IMG/VR virus record: IMGVR_UViG_3300032233_001346
Location: 1 to 24,509 of that record
Strand: one strand, 5' to 3'
DNA: 24,509 nt
Source: a virus
Taxonomy: Duplodnaviria; Caudoviricetes
Part shown: positions 7,788-15,028 of the stretch, piece after piece
How positions within the stretch are numbered: position 1 is the first letter of the stretch
Layout of the letters: the number at the start of each line of letters is the position of its first letter
Notes under the pieces: model-generated
What the model was told of the DNA's origin: nothing
Database searches by the model: none
Seen by the model: the letters and a program-made list of their open reading frames with translations, nothing else
Made by a program: the position numbers and the translations under genes

Positions 7788-8321
7788 ATGGAAAAACTTT
7801 TTAAACAACTTAGTGATACTCAGGCAACTCTGTTTCATCTCTTCCAAAAAACTTGGATCTATCATTGGGATGTTGTAGGACCTGATTTTTATCAACTTCA
7901 TACTGTTTTCGGAAATCAGTATGAGACTATGTTTGAGGAGATTGATACTCTTACAGAACATATGAGATATTTGGGTATGAGACCCGTAAGTACTCTTACA
8001 CGAGTTGTAGAAGTATCTCATATTGATGGAGCATCAAACAGTAATCAAATGGTTGATGCTGATGGAATGGTTGCTCAGTTGTTGTCGGACAATAAAAAAA
8101 TTATTGAGATGTTGACAGATGCTTCAGAAGAAGCAGACAAACAAAAACAATATGCTACGGCAAATCTTGTCCAAAGCATAATGGAGACACATGGTAAGTT
8201 TGTTTGGATGTTAAGATCTTTTACTGAAAAGTCTCCTAAGAATGTAAAGGAAGACGTTCAGATTATTCAACCAGAAGTTGAAGAAGAGATTGTTGAAGAA
8301 GAAATTCAAACTGAAGAGTAA
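7788..8321 (+). CDS. dps: Dps-family ferritin-like protein
   Basis: HWDVVGPDFYQLH, EIDTLTEH and KFVWML motifs; Glu-rich C-terminal tail. Confidence 0.92.
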   Translation: MEKLFKQLSDTQATLFHLFQKTWIYHWDVVGPDFYQLHTVFGNQYETMFEEIDTLTEHMRYLGMRPVSTLTRVVEVSHIDGASNSNQMVDADGMVAQLLSDNKKIIEMLTDASEEADKQKQYATANLVQSIMETHGKFVWMLRSFTEKSPKNVKEDVQIIQPEVEEEIVEEEIQTEE

Positions 8322-8333
8322 TTAATTAAGGAT

Positions 8334-8600
8334 TTGAAAATGTTAAAAATAAGATGTAAGGTGTGTAACACCGAGTTGGAAGGTCATCCAACGAGAACAA
8401 AATGTTGTGGATGTGATAACTTGATGACAATTAAGGGTGATAATATTACCGCTATTGACTTATCTCAGGTTATTATGTTAAACTCTATTGTAGAAAATAA
8501 AACTAAAAATGTTTTAAGTTCTGAAGATCTAAAATTTCAAGAAGATCGTCGTAAAAGAAAAATTAATAAAGGTCTTCTAGACTCTGTTCAAATAAAATAG
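8334..8600 (+). CDS. Small Cys-rich (zinc-ribbon-like) hypothetical protein
   Basis: CKVC...CCGCDN; start is TTG 8334 or ATG 8340. Confidence 0.75.
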   Translation: MKMLKIRCKVCNTELEGHPTRTKCCGCDNLMTIKGDNITAIDLSQVIMLNSIVENKTKNVLSSEDLKFQEDRRKRKINKGLLDSVQIK

Positions 8601-8604
8601 TTTT

Positions 8605-9306
8605 ATGCAAAATAATCTAAATCCTTATCCTAAGGATGAGTTTAGAGAAAAATTTAAAAAAACAGATTTGTTTGAAAAAATTCATAAGGATCTTCTAATA
8701 CCAACATTCACTGATTATCTAACTTTTCCAAAAAGAATGAAAATCAAAAGAATGGCGGAAAAACAAGATCATATTGAACCTAGAGAAGTTGATATAATGG
8801 GACTATTTTCCGTAGTACCCTTTTATTACCTAGAGTTTTTGACAAAACATAATCCATCAAAAATTTATGATCTTGGATGTGGACTAAATCTTTTTAAAAG
8901 ATATATTCCAAATATAATTGGAGTAGACTCCAATCCTTTGAAAAAAGGATTTTGTGATATAGTGGATACTATTGATGATGAATACATAAAAAATCATCAA
9001 AATTCATTTGAGTCTGCATTTTCCATATGTGCATTGCACTACATCCCTCTCTCTGATATTAGAAAAAGAGTTATTGATTTTTCCTCAATGATATCTTCTG
9101 GTGGTCATGGATTTCTGGCTTTAAATCTGACAAGAATGTTAGAAGTAGATTGGGAAAGATTTGCAGAGTTCTCTACTGAAAAATTGGAAATTTGGGTAAG
9201 AACCGAATTGGATGATTTGCCTTTTGAATTGCAAGTCTTTGATTTAAATTTTTCAGTTCTTGAATGCCCATTAGATGGCAATATAAAGTTGGTTTTTAAA
9301 AAATAA
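8605..9306 (+). CDS. Class I SAM-dependent methyltransferase
   Basis: IYDLGCG motif I, IGVD, FESAFSICALHY. Confidence 0.75.
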   Translation: MQNNLNPYPKDEFREKFKKTDLFEKIHKDLLIPTFTDYLTFPKRMKIKRMAEKQDHIEPREVDIMGLFSVVPFYYLEFLTKHNPSKIYDLGCGLNLFKRYIPNIIGVDSNPLKKGFCDIVDTIDDEYIKNHQNSFESAFSICALHYIPLSDIRKRVIDFSSMISSGGHGFLALNLTRMLEVDWERFAEFSTEKLEIWVRTELDDLPFELQVFDLNFSVLECPLDGNIKLVFKK

Positions 9307-9311
9307 ATAAT

Positions 9312-9403
9312 GGAGGATTGGCAGAGTTAGGTTTAATGCAGGGGATTGCTAATCCCCCGATGTACTTCAAGTACATCCGTTGGTTCAAATCCAACATCCT
9401 CCG
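9312..9403 (+). tRNA. tRNA-Ser(GCT)
   Basis: Acceptor GGAGGAT/ATCCTCC, anticodon arm GGGGA-TTGCTAA-TCCCC, long variable arm GATGTAC/GTACATC. Confidence 0.95.
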
Positions 9404-9406
9404 TAT

Positions 9407-9492
9407 GGAAGATTGGCCGAGTGGTTGATGGCGATAGTCTTGAAAACTATTAACGTTAGTAGCGTTCCAGGGTTCGAATCCCTGATCTTCCT
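9407..9492 (+). tRNA. tRNA-Ser(TGA)
   Basis: Acceptor GGAAGAT/ATCTTCC, anticodon arm ATAGT-CTTGAAA-ACTAT, long variable arm. Confidence 0.93.
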
Positions 9493-9605
9493 TTTAAATT
9501 AGTTACAAATTTAACAATTTCTTTATCAGTGTTATGGTATGAACACATATGTTGACTTCTTGGTATTGGAGACTATTATATAATAGTATCCAATCTAAAA
9601 ATCAA

Positions 9606-9758
9606 ATGGATCAACACACCTACGATAATTGGGTGAAAATAAAAGAAACGTTTGAAAAATCTGGTAATATGAATAATATGTTCTACAAAAGAGCGTGTGC
9701 AATAGTTAAAACAGGAAAAGATCCTTTAGAAAAGTATCTTGGGGGTGAAAAAATATGA
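9606..9758 (+). CDS. Small cyanophage-type hypothetical protein
   Basis: MDQHTYDNWVKIKETFEKSG...; ATG 9606 lies downstream of a TTGACT promoter-like element at 9552. Confidence 0.7.
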   Translation: MDQHTYDNWVKIKETFEKSGNMNNMFYKRACAIVKTGKDPLEKYLGGEKI

Positions 9759-9949
9759 AAGACGAAATGTGGAAAAAAAGACAATTTATTCTTAGTTCTT
9801 TTTTCAGATTAAAAATTAGCCTATGTAGTAATGTGTATAAATTTGTAGATCATATGATAATGTATAATTACATTCCTACTAATGATCGTTTAGAAGAAGT
9901 TGATGTTATAATTCGTGAAGAATACTATAAGTACTTGAACAATGGATAA
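9755..9949 (+). CDS. Hypothetical protein
   Basis: 64 aa; ATGA coupling to the upstream ORF. Confidence 0.6.
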   Translation: MKDEMWKKRQFILSSFFRLKISLCSNVYKFVDHMIMYNYIPTNDRLEEVDVIIREEYYKYLNNG

Positions 9950-10091
9950 AGAAGAAGTGCAACAAATGATTGATCAATCCATAGCAACTGCAATGGATAA
10001 ACATAATATCCAAGCATCTTTAATTAGTGCCGTACTTGGATTTACTTTACTGGCATTCTACGCACACGGAGTAATTGCATTGGTCAAATGA
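9942..10091 (+). CDS. Small membrane protein (49 aa), not in the ORF track
   Basis: MDKEEVQQMIDQSIATAMDKHNIQASLISAVLGFTLLAFYAHGVIALVK; fills the gap and is ATGA-coupled to the next gene. Confidence 0.7.
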   Translation: MDKEEVQQMIDQSIATAMDKHNIQASLISAVLGFTLLAFYAHGVIALVK

Positions 10092-10279
10092 AACAAGCAT
10101 TTATACTTTCACTTTGTTTTTTGCCTCTTGCGATTATCTATATAATAATGAAAATATCTTTATGGATATCAACTAGTATCTCAGAAACAAACTATGTCAG
10201 AGAAGATGCAAAACGACCCCACGGACCCTACTTGGACGACGTATATGCAGACATTGACAAAGAGAATGAGGAATATTGA
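10088..10279 (+). CDS. Small membrane hypothetical protein
   Basis: N-terminal TM helix, acidic C-terminus. Confidence 0.65.
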   Translation: MKQAFILSLCFLPLAIIYIIMKISLWISTSISETNYVREDAKRPHGPYLDDVYADIDKENEEY

Positions 10280-10418
10280 GATCTCTGAAATTATAGATCA
10301 AGCTTTATGGGAATGGTATTCTGAAAGAGGTCTTGAAGTTCCCAATTGGAAATCTCCCCCAGAACCAGAATGGTGGCAAAAACAAATAGGAACTTGGGAA
10401 GACCCTGACGATCAATGA
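10266..10418 (+). CDS. Trp-rich hypothetical protein (50 aa)
   Basis: MRNIEISEIIDQALWEWYSERGLEVPNW...; ATG 10266 preferred. Confidence 0.6.
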   Translation: MRNIEISEIIDQALWEWYSERGLEVPNWKSPPEPEWWQKQIGTWEDPDDQ

Positions 10419-10552
10419 TATTTAAAGCAATAGAATTTGTTCTAAATAATCCCATATCACTTTTTATCATAGGTGTGGGGTTGACAGTTGTTCCTACAGT
10501 GGGTATAATGATCATACATTCACCAAAGGATGAAAAAAACAACGGTGTGTAG
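10415..10552 (+). CDS. Small membrane protein (45 aa), not in the ORF track; stop overlaps tRNA-Pro
   Basis: MIFKAIEFVLNNPISLFIIGVGLTVVPTVGIMIIHSPKDEKNNGV; ATGA-coupled. Confidence 0.55.
   Translation: MIFKAIEFVLNNPISLFIIGVGLTVVPTVGIMIIHSPKDEKNNGV
10481..10509 (+). promoter_or_regulatory. Consensus sigma70 promoter
   Basis: TTGACA-N17-TATAAT upstream of tRNA-Pro. Confidence 0.8.
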
Positions 10553-10614
10553 CGCAGCGGTAGCGCGCCTGCTTTGGGAGCAGGATGTCGCAGGTTCGAT
10601 CCCTGCCACGCCGA
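10543..10614 (+). tRNA. tRNA-Pro(TGG)
   Basis: Acceptor CGGTGTG/CACGCCG, anticodon arm CCTGC-TTTGGGA-GCAGG. Confidence 0.95.
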
Positions 10615-10633
10615 CTTAAACCCCTTATCAATC

Positions 10634-10843
10634 ATGCAAAAATTTACAGTAGAAGAATTCCAATCAGACTTTGATAATCTCCTTGAACGTGTAGAGAATG
10701 GAGAGTCATTTATCATTACTAATGAAGGGAGTGAAGTTATGATGATACCTGCAAAATATTATGAATGTTCTATAGAAACAGTTAATGGCGTAGTGGATGA
10801 GGAAGTCATACGCATCCACACTGATCACGAAGAAGGTTCGTGA
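10634..10843 (+). CDS. Phd/YefM-like antitoxin (orphan)
   Basis: MQKFTVEEFQSDFDNLLERVENGESFIITNEGSEVMMIP fits the Phd N-terminal pattern; acidic tail; true start 10634 (the track start lies inside the tRNA). Confidence 0.7.
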   Translation: MQKFTVEEFQSDFDNLLERVENGESFIITNEGSEVMMIPAKYYECSIETVNGVVDEEVIRIHTDHEEGS

Positions 10844-10850
10844 GTTTTAT

Positions 10851-10938
10851 GCGAGTGAGACTTGGTAGTCAGAGGAGTCTTATAAACTCTTTCCGCCAGA
10901 TTAGCGGCTTTGACCTGGTTCGAATCCAGGCACTCGTA
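10851..10938 (+). tRNA. Atypical tRNA with UAU anticodon (Ile-type)
   Basis: Acceptor GCGAGTG/CACTCGT, minimal D arm GACT-TGGT-AGTC, anticodon arm GAGT-CTTATAA-ACTC, long variable arm CCGC/GCGG, T arm CCTGG-TTCGAAT-CCAGG. Confidence 0.75.
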
Positions 10939-10967
10939 TTGTTATTCGCCATTTGCGAATAGCAAAT

Positions 10968-11040
10968 GCTCCTTTAGCTATCTGGTGAAAGCAGCGAACT
11001 CATAATTCGCCTCAGGTGGGTTCGATCCCCTCAAGGAGCA
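10968..11040 (+). tRNA. tRNA with CAT anticodon (elongator Met or Ile2)
   Basis: Acceptor GCTCCTT/AAGGAGC, anticodon arm GCGAA-CTCATAA-TTCGC; lacks initiator features. Confidence 0.9.
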
Positions 11041-11065
11041 TCAGACAGTTATCCAACTGTCTCCC

Positions 11066-11094
11066 TTGACTTCTCAAGGTTTAACCCCTATAAT
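11066..11094 (+). promoter_or_regulatory. sigma70 promoter
   Basis: TTGACT-N17-TATAAT, preceded by the palindrome AGACAGTT-ATCC-AACTGTCT. Confidence 0.75.
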
Positions 11095-11117
11095 AATCAG
11101 GTAAACATTCAAAACCA

Positions 11118-11336
11118 ATGTCACTCACAGTTAAATTCAAAAAAGACATCAATACATTGAAGTCTGCTGCGAACAAAGAATTTTTTCTTGATGTAAAGAA
11201 TCCGAAACTTTACAAAAAAGTTCGTCGTTTTTATGAAAATGAGGGTGTAGTATTCTCCGGCGATCCTCTTGATGATTATGATATTCTCGTTGAGTATATC
11301 TATCAAGACCTTGAGAATGAAGGAGTTCTTGCTTGA
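11118..11336 (+). CDS. Cyanophage-type hypothetical protein
   Basis: 72 aa, NPKLYKKVRRFYENEGV...DDYD; directly downstream of a promoter. Confidence 0.75.
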   Translation: MSLTVKFKKDINTLKSAANKEFFLDVKNPKLYKKVRRFYENEGVVFSGDPLDDYDILVEYIYQDLENEGVLA

Positions 11337-11590
11337 TGACAACTACACTTCCCAAAGTTCTACTTGAACGTGAAGGATTTCGTTTTGTGGAAAAAGGTAT
11401 CATTGAACTCAATGGTAAACCTGATTTCCGTCTTCAAATGCAAGATCAATATACTAGAAGGTGGCATGACGTTTATCTCTTTGATAATTCTATGCAATGT
11501 TCTCTTGCAATGGAAGATATTGAGTATGCAAAATGGTTGACGGATCAACCTTGTTATATGGATCCTAATGATATTGAATATTGGGATTAA
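11336..11590 (+). CDS. Cyanophage-type hypothetical protein
   Basis: TGATG coupling; GFRFVEKGIIELNGKPDFRLQ... Confidence 0.75.
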   Translation: MTTTLPKVLLEREGFRFVEKGIIELNGKPDFRLQMQDQYTRRWHDVYLFDNSMQCSLAMEDIEYAKWLTDQPCYMDPNDIEYWD

Positions 11591-11591
11591 T

Positions 11592-11778
11592 AGTCACGGG
11601 ATGACTTAAAACTCGCCCTGGTCGGGAGCAACCCCTTCAGTCACGGAGAGACTTTAAAAGTACTGGTGGAGTCATATGACCCTCTTAAGAGTTTCCAATC
11701 TCTCCAAAGGATTGGTGGTGCGGATGGGGAAACCCCGCCTGGTTTCCAATTTCCAGTCAAAGAATTGGTGGCGTGCAT
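11592..11778 (+). ncRNA. Tandem pseudoknot ncRNA, manA/wcaG RNA-motif-like
   Basis: Four modules of about 47-50 nt, each followed by TGGT/TGGYG; compensatory changes between modules 3 and 4; lies upstream of an NAD-dependent epimerase near tRNAs, the context I recall for the Rfam wcaG/manA motifs. Confidence 0.75.
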
Positions 11779-11791
11779 GAAAGACCTAATA

Positions 11792-11818
11792 GGAGAGTTG
11801 CATAAACTCTCCTTTTTT
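11792..11818 (+). terminator. Intrinsic terminator after the ncRNA
   Basis: GGAGAGTT-GCATA-AACTCTCC followed by T6. Confidence 0.85.
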
Positions 11819-11826
11819 AGTATAAT
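11798..11826 (+). promoter_or_regulatory. sigma70 promoter for the glycan operon, embedded in the terminator
   Basis: TTGCAT-N17-TATAAT. Confidence 0.65.
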
Positions 11827-11859
11827 ATATACTATACAGATTATTCATTCTGATCATTT

Positions 11860-12915
11860 ATGAGTCAATATACTAAGACTGCACTTGTTCTCGGTGCAGG
11901 TGGCTTTATTGGAAGTCATATGGTTAAAAGACTACGTTCCGAAGGATATTGGGTACGTGGTGTGGACCTTAAGAGACCTGAGTATTCTCCCACTGAAGCG
12001 CATGAATTTATTCAGGGAGATCTTAGAGACGTAGATTTTGTTCGTCGTGTTCTTGAATTTAAAGGCGACCAAGGAAACTTCTATAATTCAGTTCCTTATC
12101 GTTATATTCAAACATTTGATGAGATCTATCAGTTTGCTGCTGATATGGGTGGTGCTGGATTTGTCTTCACTGGTGAGAATGATGCAGACATTATGCACAA
12201 TTCAGTTACAATTAATCTCAACGTTCTTGAGATGCAACGTAAAATGAATGAAGATAAAGGTGTAAATGCCACTAAGATTTTCTATTCTGGATCTGCGTGT
12301 ATGTATCCAGAGCATAATCAATTAGATCCCGATAACCCTGATTGCCGTGAAGAATCCGCTTATCCTGCTAACCCAGATTCCGAATATGGATGGGAAAAAC
12401 TTTTTTCTGAACGTCTCTATTTTGCTTATCACCGTAATTATGGTATTCCTGTACGTGTGTCTAGATACCACAATATTTTTGGTCCCGAAGGAACATGGGA
12501 AGGTGGACGTGAGAAAGCACCAGCCGCAATCTGTCGTAAGGTAGCGTATCTTCCAGAAGAGGGTGGTACGATTGAAGTTTGGGGAGACGGAAAACAAACT
12601 CGTTCATTCTTGTACATTGATGAATGTATTGAAGCAACACGAAGATTGATGGATTCCGAATTTATTGGACCAGTAAATATTGGTTCTGAAGAAATGGTTA
12701 CCATCAACCAACTTGTAGAGACCGCTGCTAAAGTTGCCAACAAACAAGTAGAAAAGAATCATATTGATGGTCCTCTTGGAGTTCGTGGACGTAACTCTAA
12801 TAATGATGTAGTTCGTAGAGAACTTGGTTGGGATTATTCTCAACCCCTTGAAGAAGGTATTCGTAAAACATACGAATGGATTAGTGAACAAATTGCAAAA
12901 GGTACTAATGGTTAG
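11860..12915 (+). CDS. GDP-mannose 3,5-epimerase-like extended SDR
   Basis: GAGGFIG; AADMGGAGF; SGSACMYP; YGWEK; RYHNIFGP; GGREKAPAAICRK, all GME-type signatures. Confidence 0.88.
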   Translation: MSQYTKTALVLGAGGFIGSHMVKRLRSEGYWVRGVDLKRPEYSPTEAHEFIQGDLRDVDFVRRVLEFKGDQGNFYNSVPYRYIQTFDEIYQFAADMGGAGFVFTGENDADIMHNSVTINLNVLEMQRKMNEDKGVNATKIFYSGSACMYPEHNQLDPDNPDCREESAYPANPDSEYGWEKLFSERLYFAYHRNYGIPVRVSRYHNIFGPEGTWEGGREKAPAAICRKVAYLPEEGGTIEVWGDGKQTRSFLYIDECIEATRRLMDSEFIGPVNIGSEEMVTINQLVETAAKVANKQVEKNHIDGPLGVRGRNSNNDVVRRELGWDYSQPLEEGIRKTYEWISEQIAKGTNG

Positions 12916-13612
12916 TTGGAGAGGGGGTACATTACCCATTTTATTTGAAGAGAATAATACGTTTTCTTCGGAACAATTACTTGATATGGATGTTTATGAG
13001 TTTGGGGTTTTTAATGGAGACTCTATGAAAGAACTTGCTGGTATCTTAAATTCAAAAAAGATTGAAGTAAATTCTTTTTATGGTTTTGATGTTTTCACTG
13101 GAATGCCCAAAGAAACCGCAGAACCTATTTTTCAAGATGCTTGGGATCCAGATCTTATGCCTGATGCATTTAATGCAGTAATGAAAATGGGTTTTGATAC
13201 TCCAGAAGGTGTTGCAAAACATATTGAATCTGAAGTTCAAGAAGTTTTTGGTTCAAGAGGAGTTAATACTAAAGTTTCTATCATTGCTGGGCTTGTTGAA
13301 GAAACAATGCAAAAACAAAGTGATTATAAGAAAGCTTTCTATGTTGACTTTGACCTAGACATTTACTCTCCGACAAGATATGCTTTTGAGTTTCTTGCAA
13401 AAAACAATTTAATTGTTCCAGGAACTATTATTGGATACGATGATTGGGGTGGTACACCACATAAGAATTTTGAACATGGAGAATCTAGAGCTCATAAAGA
13501 AGTTTCGGATCTTTATGGAATTGAGATGACAAAACTTTACGAAGGTGGTCAAGGCGATCCACATGTTCAAACTGTTTGGATAGTAAATGAGGTAAATTCT
13601 AATGAAAATTGA
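12908..13612 (+). CDS. TylF/MycF-like sugar O-methyltransferase
   Basis: YEFGVFNGDS, YGFDVFTGMP, VDFDLDIY, GTIIGYDDW; ATG 12908 preferred. Confidence 0.8.
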   Translation: MVSWRGGTLPILFEENNTFSSEQLLDMDVYEFGVFNGDSMKELAGILNSKKIEVNSFYGFDVFTGMPKETAEPIFQDAWDPDLMPDAFNAVMKMGFDTPEGVAKHIESEVQEVFGSRGVNTKVSIIAGLVEETMQKQSDYKKAFYVDFDLDIYSPTRYAFEFLAKNNLIVPGTIIGYDDWGGTPHKNFEHGESRAHKEVSDLYGIEMTKLYEGGQGDPHVQTVWIVNEVNSNEN

Positions 13613-14171
13613 AATTGTAAAAGAAGAAGTTAAAAATCTTGATCTAGAACATCTTAGGAAGATCTCTTTAAATCCAAATGACTGGCAATCTGCTGGAGTG
13701 AGTGAGTATAGACTTTATGCCTACCTCTCCACATTCTTTAAAAATTCCACCATTCTTGATATTGGTACTCGTACTGGTGGATCTGCTCTTGCTCTTTCTT
13801 ATAATCCAACTAACCAAGTTATCAGTTACGATCTTGTAGAACAGGGTGCAAGTAATATTAAAAAAGAAAATATTACTTGGAAAATTAAAGATTTTATGGA
13901 AGATGAAACTCTTGATTGGGATAATATTCCCATCGTTATGATTGATGTTGACCCTCATGATGGTGCTCAAGAACGGGTAATGATGGATTGGTTGAGAGAA
14001 AAAGAGTGGAAAGGTATTCTAATTCATGATGATATTGGTCCTGGTTGGCCTGATATTCAACTAATGTGGGATGAAATTCCCGAAGAGAAGTTTGATGTAA
14101 CTGAGATTGCTCATTTGAGTGGTACAGGTATCGTCAATTTTGGAAACGCAAACGAAATTAGTATTGTCTGA
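13602..14171 (+). CDS. Class I SAM methyltransferase (Methyltransf_24-like)
   Basis: ILDIGTRTGGSA, SYD, IDVDPH, LIHDDI. Confidence 0.75.
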   Translation: MKIEIVKEEVKNLDLEHLRKISLNPNDWQSAGVSEYRLYAYLSTFFKNSTILDIGTRTGGSALALSYNPTNQVISYDLVEQGASNIKKENITWKIKDFMEDETLDWDNIPIVMIDVDPHDGAQERVMMDWLREKEWKGILIHDDIGPGWPDIQLMWDEIPEEKFDVTEIAHLSGTGIVNFGNANEISIV

Positions 14172-15028
14172 TGAAAGTTACTATCTTAGGATCCAGTGGG
14201 CAGATCGGTGCCTATCTCTCAGAATATCTTCGCAGTAAAGGTCACACAGTTATTGATTTTGATAAGGTGGAAACTCCTAATCATGATATGACTGTTATTC
14301 CTAATCAATATCTTGAGAATGCAATTGAGACTGCAGACTTTGTATTCTTTCTTGCATTTGATGTTGGTGGATCACGTTATCTCAAAAAGTATCAACATAC
14401 TTTCCAGTTCATTGATAACAATGCTCGTTTGATGACAAATGCTTTTGGACTTCTTCAAAAGTATAATAAGAGATTTGTTTTTGCTTCATCTCAAATGAGT
14501 AATATGAGTTACTCTCCATACGGAGTTCTCAAGAACGTTGGTGAACTTTATACCAAATCACTCAAAGGACTGATTGTCAAGTTCTGGAATGTTTATGGTA
14601 TTGAGAAGGATCACGAAAAAGCACACGTCATCACTGACTTTATTCGTAAGGGATTTGAGACTGGTGTGATTGATATGCTTACTGATGGTGAAGAGGAACG
14701 TGAGTTTCTTTATGCTGAAGATTGTTGTGAAGCACTTGAAGCCATTATGGAAAACTACACTGACTTCACTTCAGAAGACAATCTTCACATTACTAGTTAC
14801 CATTCCACCAAGATTAAAGATATTGCTGGTATTATTATCGGTCAATTTAATTTAATCGGTAAGTATGATGTGAAGTCCCAACCTTCCACAGAAAAAGATA
14901 GTGTGCAAATGGACAAGAAAAATAGACCAGATACTTATTTGATGAAATGGTGGCAACCAAAAACTACTATTGAACAGGGTATCGCTAAAGTATTTGAGGC
15001 AATGAAGAATGAGCAAGTTCAAGATTAA
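14171..15028 (+). CDS. NAD-dependent epimerase/dehydratase
   Basis: GSSGQIG, YGVLK, NVYG, REFLYAED. Confidence 0.88.
   Translation: MKVTILGSSGQIGAYLSEYLRSKGHTVIDFDKVETPNHDMTVIPNQYLENAIETADFVFFLAFDVGGSRYLKKYQHTFQFIDNNARLMTNAFGLLQKYNKRFVFASSQMSNMSYSPYGVLKNVGELYTKSLKGLIVKFWNVYGIEKDHEKAHVITDFIRKGFETGVIDMLTDGEEEREFLYAEDCCEALEAIMENYTDFTSEDNLHITSYHSTKIKDIAGIIIGQFNLIGKYDVKSQPSTEKDSVQMDKKNRPDTYLMKWWQPKTTIEQGIAKVFEAMKNEQVQD

Noticed and set aside
9407-9492. Suppressor or selenocysteine tRNA
   Set aside because: Anticodon TGA reads UCA (Ser). TGA, TAG and TAA all act as normal stops in the window, so there is no sign of recoding.
11592-11778. Mini CRISPR array
   Set aside because: Repeats are not identical, the variable parts base-pair and covary, and no cas genes are present.
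11666-11863. 65-aa ORF
   Set aside because: Overlaps the structured RNA and crosses a terminator; GTG start with no RBS.
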